Program-made: the position numbers and the translations under genes
DNA from: Nitrosarchaeum sp.
Lineage (GTDB): Archaea; Thermoproteota; Nitrososphaeria; Nitrososphaerales; Nitrosopumilaceae
Direction: 5' to 3'
Assembly: GCA_965223865.1 (NCBI GenBank)
Contig: OZ245020.1
Coordinates: forward strand, 416,001 to 480,000
DNA length: 64,000 nucleotides
In this document: in pieces, positions 29,707 through 38,395 of the stretch
How the letters are laid out: each line of letters opens with the position of its first letter
How positions within the stretch are numbered: position 1 is the first letter of the stretch
Notes under the pieces: model-generated
Told to the model about the DNA's origin: nothing
Seen by the model: the letters and a program-made list of their open reading frames with translations, nothing else
Database searches by the model: none

Positions 29707-29707
29707 A

Positions 29708-30061
29708 TCAATATCCAGTTCTTTGTCTTTCTCGATTGATTTCATTCTTTTTTCTATACTCTTCTACAATATCATCTGGAGTTAGATTCAATTCTAGAGA
29801 TGCTTGAACAACAAAATGCCAAATATCAATTAGTTCTTCTCTTGCATCTGCTTCATTGAAAGGAGTTGGCATTTTCCACCATTTCCAATTTGTTGTTCTC
29901 TGTAGCTCTACTGCTTCATGAATAATAGCTGTACACAATGAAGAAACACGTCCTTCTGAATCCTCGGGATATCTATCTAACTTCATCATATCTGCAAGTC
30001 CTTGTTGTAATTTGAAGATAGTTTCTAGTCTATCTTTTTTTTCAGAATTATCTGGTGGCAA
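29708..30061 (-). CDS. all-alpha dimeric dUTPase-like NTP pyrophosphatase
   Basis: EAVEL, WKWWK, EELIDIWHF, KNEINRERQ..GY. Confidence 0.9.
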   Translation of the reverse strand: MPPDNSEKKDRLETIFKLQQGLADMMKLDRYPEDSEGRVSSLCTAIIHEAVELQRTTNWKWWKMPTPFNEADAREELIDIWHFVVQASLELNLTPDDIVEEYRKKNEINRERQRTGY

Positions 30062-30100
30062 TGCTTGATGATTTGTAGAAATAATTGAACTTAAGTTTTT

Positions 30101-30994
30101 TTAAAATCTAATCATTTTTTCGTATAATCTAATCCTTTTTGTAATATCAGATTTTTTTAGACTTAGCAATCCTGCTAAACCATATTTTTCAACTGCAAAA
30201 GAACCTAAAACATTTCCATAAACTACTGCCTTTTTTATTTCTGAAAGATTAGTTGACTTTTTACTTGCAAGATATCCAATCATACCACCTGCAAATGAAT
30301 CTCCTGCACCTGTGGGGTCAACAACATCTTCCAATGAAAATCCTGCTGATGGAAATATCACATCATCAAAAAACATGAGTGAGCCATGTTCTCCCTTCTT
30401 AATAATCACATATTTTGTTCCCCATTCCATCATTTTTTTTGCACATTTTATTAAATTGAATTCCTTTGTAAGAAGTTTTGCCTCTTCGTCATTTATCACA
30501 ACAGCATCTACTTCTTTTATCATCTTAATTACGGAATCTCGTTTTGAAGAAATCCAGAATTCAATAGTATCACACATCGAAAATTTTACCTTGTCAAATT
30601 CTTTGATCAGTTTAGAATTTTGGTCTGGATCATTATTTGCCAGATAAACAAATTGAGATTTTCTGTATTCATCTGGAACAGTAGGCTTGAAATCAGCTAA
30701 TACATTAAGTTCTGTCTTCAACGTTTCTCTGATACTTAACGTATTATCATATTTTCCATCGTATCGAAAAGTCTTTCCTTGCTGTACAGTAAAGCCTTGC
30801 AAATCAAGATATTTTGATAAAATCTGGTGGTGCTCATTTGGAAAATCATTTCCTACCACAGCAATCAATCCTGTTTTTACAAAATTACTAGCTGAAATAG
30901 CTGCAAATGTTGCAGCACCTCCTAAAACATTTTTTAGAGTTTTTTTTGGTGTTCTGATAGTATCTAAAGCAGTAGAACCAAAAACAGTAAGCAT
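30101..30994 (-). CDS. PfkB-family carbohydrate/nucleoside kinase
   Basis: LGGAA, KKGEHG, DPTGAGDSFAGG. Confidence 0.95.
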   Translation of the reverse strand: MLTVFGSTALDTIRTPKKTLKNVLGGAATFAAISASNFVKTGLIAVVGNDFPNEHHQILSKYLDLQGFTVQQGKTFRYDGKYDNTLSIRETLKTELNVLADFKPTVPDEYRKSQFVYLANNDPDQNSKLIKEFDKVKFSMCDTIEFWISSKRDSVIKMIKEVDAVVINDEEAKLLTKEFNLIKCAKKMMEWGTKYVIIKKGEHGSLMFFDDVIFPSAGFSLEDVVDPTGAGDSFAGGMIGYLASKKSTNLSEIKKAVVYGNVLGSFAVEKYGLAGLLSLKKSDITKRIRLYEKMIRF

Positions 30995-31011
30995 TCTTTA
31001 AAAAAATAAAT

Positions 31012-31464
31012 TTAGCGTATAAATTCTCTTGCTTGTTCATCTGTGGGATAATATACAAAAGGTACATCAATTGATGTAAGAAATACATCATAATTTGTAA
31101 CCCCTGTAATTTTTACCACCGGAGATTCTGAATCTGAATTAGAATTTGTTGTAAAACTTCCTTTTACAGAACTACTTCCTAGAGATGGTAAAATAAAAGG
31201 ATCCAACTTTCCCTTTCCTACCATAACATCATTTTCAACTATGAAAAATTCTGTTTCACCAGCTGTTAAAACCAAAAATGATGGATTCTGAAATTCTAAT
31301 ACTATATTATACTTTGATTCTATTTCATTTTCTTCAATAAGATCACTTTGTGTTACTTCTATGCCTATCTGAGATGCTGAAGCATATTGTGAATATCCAA
31401 AAATACCAATCGCAATAACAAAAACCATTACTTTCTTGGCAGAACTCATGAAAAGAAATATCAA
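31012..31464 (-). CDS. exported hypothetical protein (LEA_2-like)
   Basis: N-terminal hydrophobic helix, FQNPS, beta-rich. Confidence 0.65.
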   Translation of the reverse strand: MIFLFMSSAKKVMVFVIAIGIFGYSQYASASQIGIEVTQSDLIEENEIESKYNIVLEFQNPSFLVLTAGETEFFIVENDVMVGKGKLDPFILPSLGSSSVKGSFTTNSNSDSESPVVKITGVTNYDVFLTSIDVPFVYYPTDEQAREFIR

Positions 31465-31581
31465 AATTTCTTTTTAATCTGAATAGAAAAAAAACCAAAT
31501 AATATGTGTAAAAGTTTTGATCTAATCTTAAAGCTACTTAGAGCTAACAAAATAAATCAAAATTTTATGATTTATAGGTAA

Positions 31582-32070
31582 ATGGCAAGAATAAAGCTAA
31601 AGCTAGGCGATATTGAAATCGAAGTTGATTCTAGAGATTTCTACGTTGATAATAATACCTTACCTGAAATAATTGAAAATGTGTCGCATCTTTTGCAAGA
31701 AAAACAAGCCAAAATCTACTATGAAAACAATAATCAAGAAACTGAATCCTCAAACCAAATTGTCGAACCTACGCAAAATAGGTTAGAATATTTGGAGGAT
31801 GTCGAAGCTTTCGAACCTGAATTTAATGAACCAAAGTCCATTGATTTCCATGAAATTAAATCCAAATTACGCATTTTAGAAACAAGTGGATTTTTTAACT
31901 CTCCAAGAACAGTAACTGAAACTGTACAGCAATTAAGAGAATACGGATGGGCTGCAAGTCCACTGGATGTTTCCAAGTCCCTTGCTAAGATGGCCTCAAA
32001 CAGAGAAATCTACAAAAATTCTCAAGAAAATAGAGCACATTATTTTGTCCAAGAATCATTAACTAACTAA
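31582..32070 (+). CDS. hypothetical protein with C-terminal wHTH-like domain
   Basis: GFFNSPRTVTETVQQLREYGW...VSKSLAKMA. Confidence 0.7.
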   Translation: MARIKLKLGDIEIEVDSRDFYVDNNTLPEIIENVSHLLQEKQAKIYYENNNQETESSNQIVEPTQNRLEYLEDVEAFEPEFNEPKSIDFHEIKSKLRILETSGFFNSPRTVTETVQQLREYGWAASPLDVSKSLAKMASNREIYKNSQENRAHYFVQESLTN

Positions 32071-32254
32071 TTTTATATTGACATTTTTCGCACTTGTCAA
32101 AAGTTTCTCCCTCTAAATGATCAAAATGAGTGTTACATTGTTTACATGTGTGATGCATGTCAAAATATCCATCATCCTCAATTTGACCAATTCTATTTGA
32201 TTCTAATTCTGTACTTCCACACTTTATGCAATGACACCCACATTCAACTTTCAT
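32063..32254 (-). CDS. Cys/His-rich Zn-ribbon microprotein
   Basis: CGCHCIKC, HHTCKQC, CEKC. Confidence 0.75.
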   Translation of the reverse strand: MKVECGCHCIKCGSTELESNRIGQIEDDGYFDMHHTCKQCNTHFDHLEGETFDKCEKCQYKIS

Positions 32255-32299
32255 AATTTTTCAATAATGTATGTATAGTTTAACCATGTATACAAACCA

Positions 32300-32455
32300 T
32301 TGGAAAAAAAGCGCGAGATACCTTTGGAGATAGATGATCATTTCAAACTTTATGGCAAGGAGCCATGGGAAGTAGATTATGGAGAAAAGTGCCCGATTTG
32401 TGATGTACGAATTGATGAATATGGGTTTTGTTCATGTGGGTCTAGCGGAGATTAA
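32300..32455 (+). CDS. 51-aa Zn-finger-like microprotein (TTG start)
   Basis: Manual translation MEKKREIPLEIDDHFKLYGKEPWEVDYGEKCPICDVRIDEYGFCSCGSSGD. Confidence 0.72.
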   Translation: MEKKREIPLEIDDHFKLYGKEPWEVDYGEKCPICDVRIDEYGFCSCGSSGD

Positions 32456-33335
32456 GTTTTTTTATAATTGGCAATATCATTATCATCAAAAAGCCAATTG
32501 CCAAAGGAGCAATTATTGGAAATTCTGGTACTACCGTGGTTCCAATTATTGAAATCTCACCAGAATTCTCAGGTCTCATGTTTAACCATACATGAGTTCC
32601 ATTATTGTTATATTCACGAAAAGAAATTTGCTCTTCATCTAAAAATACTGCATATGGTCCCCATAACAATTCTAAGGGAATAATAGTGTTAACAAATCTA
32701 TTTTCTTTGGAAACATCAAAAGTAATGCTCTTTGTTGGTTGATCAAAAATAAATCCATCAATATTTGAATGACTTTGAATTTCTACAACAAATTCTTTAT
32801 CTTCCCATTTCACATTCTCAGAAATTTTTGGTTCATTTATGGAATATTCCAAAACCATTTGGCATCCATGACATGCAATTCCTTTTTTTTCATCCAAATA
32901 AACAGGTATTTTGTTTGCAAAAATCAGATCAACTTCCTCTGGTAAAATAAAAGAAGTTGTCTCAAGATACCTGAAACTCCATTTCCATACATTATCTTTT
33001 TGAACAAGTGCATTATCAAGGTCATATTCTATAATTGAATCCTCATCGGAGGGTTGAATCAATATGACATTTTCTCCAACCATTGAAAATTGTGTCTTTT
33101 CTCCTTGCTCATTTGTTACGGAAATATTTGAGACTGTTCCATAAACCAAATCAACTTGCTTTGGTGAATTTGATGAACTAATAACATGTTTAACATTAAC
33201 ATTACCTGCCGAATTTATGACAACTTCTAATGATTTGTGGTTAGCCTTTTCATCGATTGAAGTCTGGGCATAGACATCAGGAACAACAGTAATAAGTAAA
33301 AGAATAATTATTATTCCAAAAATCTTTACATTCAT
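32442..33335 (-). CDS. surface protein with PEF-CTERM/PEFG-like sorting signal
   Basis: Signal peptide; C-terminal IIGTTVVPEFP + TM helix + basic tail. Confidence 0.85.
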   Translation of the reverse strand: MNVKIFGIIIILLLITVVPDVYAQTSIDEKANHKSLEVVINSAGNVNVKHVISSSNSPKQVDLVYGTVSNISVTNEQGEKTQFSMVGENVILIQPSDEDSIIEYDLDNALVQKDNVWKWSFRYLETTSFILPEEVDLIFANKIPVYLDEKKGIACHGCQMVLEYSINEPKISENVKWEDKEFVVEIQSHSNIDGFIFDQPTKSITFDVSKENRFVNTIIPLELLWGPYAVFLDEEQISFREYNNNGTHVWLNMRPENSGEISIIGTTVVPEFPIIAPLAIGFLMIMILPIIKKLNLR

Positions 33336-33815
33336 TTAATCCACTGTGACATGAATCATTTTTGCCTCTTCTAGAGGACAATCATTTTGGTCACGCTGCA
33401 AGTTTACAATTTTGTCGGCAACATCCATTCCTTCAATTACTTCGCCAAATACAGTATACTGTCTATCTAGAAAGGTGCTGTCAGTAGTTACAATGAAAAA
33501 TTGCGACCCAGCACTATCTGGATCCTGTGCTCGTGCCATCGAAACAATCCCACGAAGATGTGATCTAGAATTAAACTCTGCTTTTACAGTATATCCTGGT
33601 CCTCCCATTCCCCAAGAACTCTTATTGCTACTTTTTGTATTAGGATCTCCTCCCTGAATCATGAACCCAGGAATAACTCTATGAAATAATGTACCATCAT
33701 AGAATCCCTCTTTAGCTAATTTTTCAAAATTTCTTACGGTTTCAGGTGCTAGTTCAGGAAGAAGTTTAAATGAAATTCCTCCAAAATCAGTTTCTATTTT
33801 TACTGTACTCAACAA
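33336..33815 (-). CDS. cyclophilin-type peptidyl-prolyl isomerase
   Basis: FHRVIPGFMIQGGDP, SAGSQFFI, LDRQYTVFG. Confidence 0.97.
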   Translation of the reverse strand: MLSTVKIETDFGGISFKLLPELAPETVRNFEKLAKEGFYDGTLFHRVIPGFMIQGGDPNTKSSNKSSWGMGGPGYTVKAEFNSRSHLRGIVSMARAQDPDSAGSQFFIVTTDSTFLDRQYTVFGEVIEGMDVADKIVNLQRDQNDCPLEEAKMIHVTVD

Positions 33816-34065
33816 GAATCTTGTATAGTCTTATCATAAGAGTCTTTTTGTAATATTCTAAAAATTCTCATATTGTCTTTATCAAAATTGAAAAATCTAT
33901 ACCCATCAGTACGTTTTTCGTTGTAACTTTAAATTTACTTTTTTAAAATATAATTTTCTATTTGTAAAATTTTCATTCGTCCAATTATTTTATTTTATTT
34001 GAAATTACAATTTTTTCATTTCAGAAGTTATAGTCTTATATAGAACGATAAAAATCTAGAATTCG

Positions 34066-34293
34066 TTGAATCGTACAAATCAGAGCACGATCATTAAAGA
34101 AGCAATTAATTCTTATCTTGACAAGGGAGTTACCGACAAACAGGACATATACACCAAAGTTGTAGACGAACTAGGTGTTCCAAGACCAACTGTTAGAAGG
34201 GTTGCAAGAGATCTGAGAACTGAGTTATTACAAAAAATCCAGATCTTACAATCTGACATGCCTAAAGCCACCACTCCAGAAGAAGACCAATAA
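34066..34293 (+). CDS. small HTH-like protein
   Basis: DIYTKVVDELGVPRPTVRRVA. Confidence 0.7.
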   Translation: MNRTNQSTIIKEAINSYLDKGVTDKQDIYTKVVDELGVPRPTVRRVARDLRTELLQKIQILQSDMPKATTPEEDQ

Positions 34294-34372
34294 ACTCGGC
34301 ACCTTTTTCTTTTTAATCTCATTTTTTGGTTTCAGCATTACTATTATAAACAATGAATTTTCCCCATATCTC

Positions 34373-34852
34373 ATGGGATATCTTGGAAACCATCTGGCTA
34401 CAGTGGTGACTGGAGTATTTGCAGCAGTTCTAACAGGACTTTGGCCTTATTTTGTTGACTTTGCACCCATACTTGAATTCGTTTTTATCATGGCCGTACC
34501 CATTACATGGTTCCTAACTCTAATGTGTTGGCTATCACAGAGAAGCGCTGATTATATGAAAAAATGGGAAGCTAGTCATACTCACACCGAAAAAAAAAGC
34601 TTGAGTAGTTCAGTAACTACGCAAGTCTATGCCACCCCTGAAAATCAAGTGAGTTATTCTGAAATCAAAAAAGCACAAAATCAACTATCTGGTGAATTAA
34701 ACCAATTAAAAGAATCTGTCAAAATAAAAGATGAGGAAATTGAACGATTGAATCAAGAGATCTCAAACCTCCAAACTCTAGTACAGATTGAATCATTAAA
34801 AACAGAACTCGCTAATCTGAAGATGTTAGCATCTGATAAGAAAAGTAAATAG
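34373..34852 (+). CDS. 2-TM protein with C-terminal coiled coil
   Basis: Hydrophobic N-terminus, heptad-rich C-terminus. Confidence 0.75.
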   Translation: MGYLGNHLATVVTGVFAAVLTGLWPYFVDFAPILEFVFIMAVPITWFLTLMCWLSQRSADYMKKWEASHTHTEKKSLSSSVTTQVYATPENQVSYSEIKKAQNQLSGELNQLKESVKIKDEEIERLNQEISNLQTLVQIESLKTELANLKMLASDKKSK

Positions 34853-34972
34853 CTAATCCTTACAATGGCAACAAACAATGCCATGATTATTTTTGCAACT
34901 TGGACAACTTACTGCTCCACCATAATGGCATTTACATGAACACAATTCTGTTGGATCTCGTTTTTCGCTCAT
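34853..34972 (-). CDS. 39-aa Cys/His-rich metallothionein-like peptide
   Basis: Manual translation MSEKRDPTELCSCKCHYGGAVSCPSCKNNHGIVCCHCKD (8 Cys, 3 His). Confidence 0.65.
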   Translation of the reverse strand: MSEKRDPTELCSCKCHYGGAVSCPSCKNNHGIVCCHCKD

Positions 34973-35420
34973 CATTTATCTCTAGAAATTGTTAATATTT
35001 GACTTTTATAGTTTAAGAGATGGTAGGAAAAAACATAACCTTGATAATTTCAGCACTAAGATCATTTTTGGTGTTAGTTTTTACTCTATCAACAAATTAC
35101 AGCATTTTTCCAAAACAATTTGTTTTGCCAAATTAACTCCAACAAATAATTCAATTCAGATTGAATAATTTCTGTTTTAAATTATATTATATATGCCGAA
35201 TTACAGTCGTTGTTTCAATAAAACCAAACTACAAAAAAGTATCAATTTATCCAGATTAATAATTTCAGTAAAGAATCTGATATTTTTTGAAAATATCTCA
35301 TACAAATTTCTGTGAAAAGAGTACTTCATTAAATAATATTTTTAGTTTTAAATTCTTTGAAAAAGAAAATTAATTTTGTTTAAAATTAACTATAAGAACT
35401 TCATTGGTATTTTCATAATA

Positions 35421-35948
35421 CTAATTTTGATGTAATTTTATGGCTAATTCTAAGGTACTGTCTACCATCTCTCTTAGCCTCTTCTTTGTGTCTTCTGAAA
35501 TACCATTATCTGAAATTGAATCAGTGGTAATAAACACGGCTTTTGGGTTTGCTATTATTCGAAAATATGATAATAATTGGGTAATTAGTGTCTGAACATC
35601 AATAAAACCTATGTTTCCAGCAGCCACAATTGTTATGCCTGCAACTTTTCCTTCAGTTTTTTTGTAATTTACATACTCAAATAGATTTTTCAGTGATGAA
35701 CTAAAAAATGAATTGTAAATAGGTGATCCAATCAGCCAAACATCTGCATCCATTAAATCATTGGCAGCATTTTTTGTTGCATCATTGTATTCTTCATCTG
35801 GTCCTCGATAACATTCAATTTGATCATCTGAAAGATTGATAAATTTCACATCAACACTTTTTGTTTGTATATATTCTACCACATACTTCATGATTAGAGA
35901 AGTGTTTGCATTTTTTCTTGGACTACCTGAAACAACTACAACTTGCAT
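35421..35948 (-). CDS. NADPH-dependent FMN reductase (flavodoxin-like)
   Basis: SGSPRKNANT, GSPIYN, LKNLFE. Confidence 0.92.
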   Translation of the reverse strand: MQVVVVSGSPRKNANTSLIMKYVVEYIQTKSVDVKFINLSDDQIECYRGPDEEYNDATKNAANDLMDADVWLIGSPIYNSFFSSSLKNLFEYVNYKKTEGKVAGITIVAAGNIGFIDVQTLITQLLSYFRIIANPKAVFITTDSISDNGISEDTKKRLREMVDSTLELAIKLHQN

Positions 35949-35996
35949 AATCCAAGCTATGAATCTTTGTATTTAAATTTCAAAAAAATTTGTAGA

Positions 35997-36009
35997 ACGG
36001 GCTTGGAGG
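35997..36009. repeat. distal att site: 13-bp copy of tRNA-Arg 3' end
   Basis: ACGGGCTTGGAGG, identical to 42904..42916. Confidence 0.85.
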
Positions 36010-36137
36010 TTCTCGCCTTCTCCAGCATTCGAAACCTCTAATTTTATTGATTTTTTCAAGATTTTAAAGTACTATAATCACTATATTTTATAATGTTTTA
36101 GTTATTGCTATGTAAAATAAAAAATAGGATGTCTTTT

Positions 36138-37256
36138 CTATGATTCTGGCAAATTATAGTAGCCACGTATGTTATCGATATCTGTTTGAATCTTACCCTT
36201 TTGTTCTGATGATTCTGTCATGTCTAATGCAATATCAAACTGCTCTTCTGCTTTTTCAAGTGGTGCTTTTTCTATACTATACATGTAAGAGTAAGCTTCA
36301 CCTTGGCACATGTGCGAATTAATTGAATCAAATTTTGAACAATAATTTAATGCTATTTCTGGATGTTTATAAATCGCATTAATTGCTTTTCCAATCCATG
36401 CATTTTCTGTATTGAATTTGCCCTCGTATAGATCTATTGCATTTTGGTATTCCACTTCAGACTCTTCTGAGAAAGACTTTATCTGACCAAAGTTACTTTG
36501 TGCTTGTAAAGAACTTCCCATACCAATAATAGATAACATGTGAAGATACTGCCCTCGTTTCAAATGATCAGAATGCCAATTATTTGTATCAAATATGGTT
36601 TTTGCCTTGACGAATGTTTCATATGATTGAGAATATTGTTTCTCCTCATACTGATGATTACCCATAGAGATCAGATATTCCATATCGTATAATGCATTTG
36701 CACTAGCCCATACAGATACACCAACTATGAGTCCAGCAGATATGAGAGCCACAACAGAACCAATTATTAGATAAGATGCAACAGAAGAACCAAACATAGT
36801 AAATCCTGAGGTAATCTTCCCAGATACTTCTAACAATCCAATACCTGTAGCAATAGATGCAGCAAGTGCAATTGGTACTCTGTGTTGCAATATAGGATTT
36901 CCATAATCAGTATTGTTCTCTAATGCATAAAATGAGGTTGCTATTCTAGTATCATTATAACCAGTAGTAGATATTTCCCAATCTAGTCTATAATTTGGAT
37001 TATTTGGATCTGATGCAGGTGCTACAGATCCACTTATCAGCTTATATTGAATTGATCTTTGTATTCTAAATACATAGTCATATCCTTCTTGCTTTAGATA
37101 TTCTGAATCAAGCTTTTCTTTTTTTCCAGCATATTTTATTCTTGAAAATAATCGTTTTGCTGCGAATGGATCCTGTAAGTTTTCGTATACTGTCTTTTGT
37201 CGTTGTTTGACATCCTTATAAGTACAAGTAATTAAATCAGCACCCAAAACATCCAC
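36138..37256 (-). CDS. membrane protein: soluble N-domain, 2 Gly/Ala-rich TM helices, TPR-like C-terminus
   Basis: Hydrophobic hairpin at about aa 127-185; TPR-like segments (MGNHQYEEKQYSQSYETFVKA, AEEQFDIAL). Confidence 0.7.
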   Translation of the reverse strand: MDVLGADLITCTYKDVKQRQKTVYENLQDPFAAKRLFSRIKYAGKKEKLDSEYLKQEGYDYVFRIQRSIQYKLISGSVAPASDPNNPNYRLDWEISTTGYNDTRIATSFYALENNTDYGNPILQHRVPIALAASIATGIGLLEVSGKITSGFTMFGSSVASYLIIGSVVALISAGLIVGVSVWASANALYDMEYLISMGNHQYEEKQYSQSYETFVKAKTIFDTNNWHSDHLKRGQYLHMLSIIGMGSSLQAQSNFGQIKSFSEESEVEYQNAIDLYEGKFNTENAWIGKAINAIYKHPEIALNYCSKFDSINSHMCQGEAYSYMYSIEKAPLEKAEEQFDIALDMTESSEQKGKIQTDIDNIRGYYNLPES

Positions 37257-37578
37257 CTTTGTTTACTGGTTTTTTCATTAATTTTTGAACAAATTCTCTG
37301 AAGTCAGATAAATAATCATCAAATGCGATAGACATATCGATAAACTTCTTTCCTTCATCTGTAACACAAAAGACAGGTTTTTTATCATCTTCACACCTCT
37401 CAACAAGTTCATGTTTTATTAAAATAGAAGTATCTCTACTAATTGAAGAAGGTAGTCTTCGTAATGAACGAACCATACAATCATTTGTATGAGGTCCTTC
37501 TTCTACTGCGAATAGTACCTCAAATGTAGAATTGTTTAATTGTATCTTTGAATCTGGTATTCTTCTTTTAGAAGTCAT
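37237..37578 (-). CDS. winged-HTH (MarR-like) regulator
   Basis: PSSISRDTSILIKHELVE...FCVTDEGKKF wing signature. Confidence 0.75.
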   Translation of the reverse strand: MTSKRRIPDSKIQLNNSTFEVLFAVEEGPHTNDCMVRSLRRLPSSISRDTSILIKHELVERCEDDKKPVFCVTDEGKKFIDMSIAFDDYLSDFREFVQKLMKKPVNKGGCFGC

Positions 37579-37584
37579 GCATTA

Positions 37585-37628
37585 TTAATCATAAATTCAT
37601 ATAAAACCATTTTTCACATATGTGAAAT
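37585..37628 (-). promoter_or_regulatory. promoter/operator cassette, copy 1
   Basis: 44 bp with minus-strand TTTTATAT about 25 bp before the wHTH ATG and perfect palindrome TTTCACATATGTGAAA. Confidence 0.75.
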
Positions 37629-37688
37629 TTAGAGTAGCGTCACAACATTATAAAAACAATTTTTAAAGAAAAATAATAAGTGATTTTT

Positions 37689-37901
37689 TTACAATTGAGA
37701 TTTTATATTGTGCATTTTAAGCATTAATCCTCCTAATGTCCCACCTAACCCTATAGCCAAATGTGAGAAGATCGCTGATCGTTCATCAGATTCTACTAAT
37801 CCAGCTAGTATTAAAGACATCAAAAATCCACTACCCAATACTACTATGAGCAAATTGGTAAAATCATTATCCATTGTAATTTTGTTCTTTTTAGATTTCA
37901 T
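37689..37901 (-). CDS. 70-aa 2-TM membrane peptide
   Basis: Two Gly-rich hydrophobic helices; lies downstream of promoter copy 2. Confidence 0.6.
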   Translation of the reverse strand: MKSKKNKITMDNDFTNLLIVVLGSGFLMSLILAGLVESDERSAIFSHLAIGLGGTLGGLMLKMHNIKSQL

Positions 37902-37962
37902 CAGTAAGAAAATAAATGTAAAAAAAATTATTTAATATTTTGTAACATATGTGAAAGTTTTG

Positions 37963-38006
37963 TTAATCATAAATTCATATAAAACCATTTTTCACATATG
38001 TGAAAT
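37963..38006 (-). promoter_or_regulatory. promoter/operator cassette, copy 2
   Basis: Identical 44-bp direct repeat of 37585..37628. Confidence 0.75.
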
Positions 38007-38395
38007 CATGCAAATTAATTTGGAGATGTCTTATTTTATTGTTGTATACAATTCTTATCTTGTAAATTCTTCTTAAACTTTCTACGTGATAGTTTTTAGA
38101 ATAAACTATATTCTATGTGTTTTTCTTTTCTTCAAATTTAGAATCATACTCAATAGATGGTCTTAACACATAATGCTTTGGTGACTTTTAGAGACTCTGA
38201 TCTAAGTGGCCGTTCAAGTTTCTATTGCTCTTACTTTCATGACAATATTTTCAACTTCTAGTTGTTGCAAAAATATCAGAAGATAATTGTTGAAGTATTG
38301 ACAAAATATAAAATAATTAATTTTCACTATCTACAAAAAAGGTATTATATTGTCTATATCTTAAATTTTAATCTAACAATATAATTCTAGATAAG

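Noticed and set aside
34976-35420. Long AT-rich intergenic region with the palindrome CAAAACAA-T-TTGTTTTG (35111-35127) as an ncRNA or origin
   Set aside because: No extended structure or ORB-like repeats seen; such a palindrome is expected by chance at this AT content.
37585-38006. 44-bp repeats as IS ends or CRISPR repeats
   Set aside because: Direct rather than inverted, only two copies 378 bp apart, no transposase; promoter features explain them.
38007-38395. Possible gene remnant in the element's AT-rich gap
   Set aside because: Only short interrupted frames with no recognisable motif; cannot be supported.
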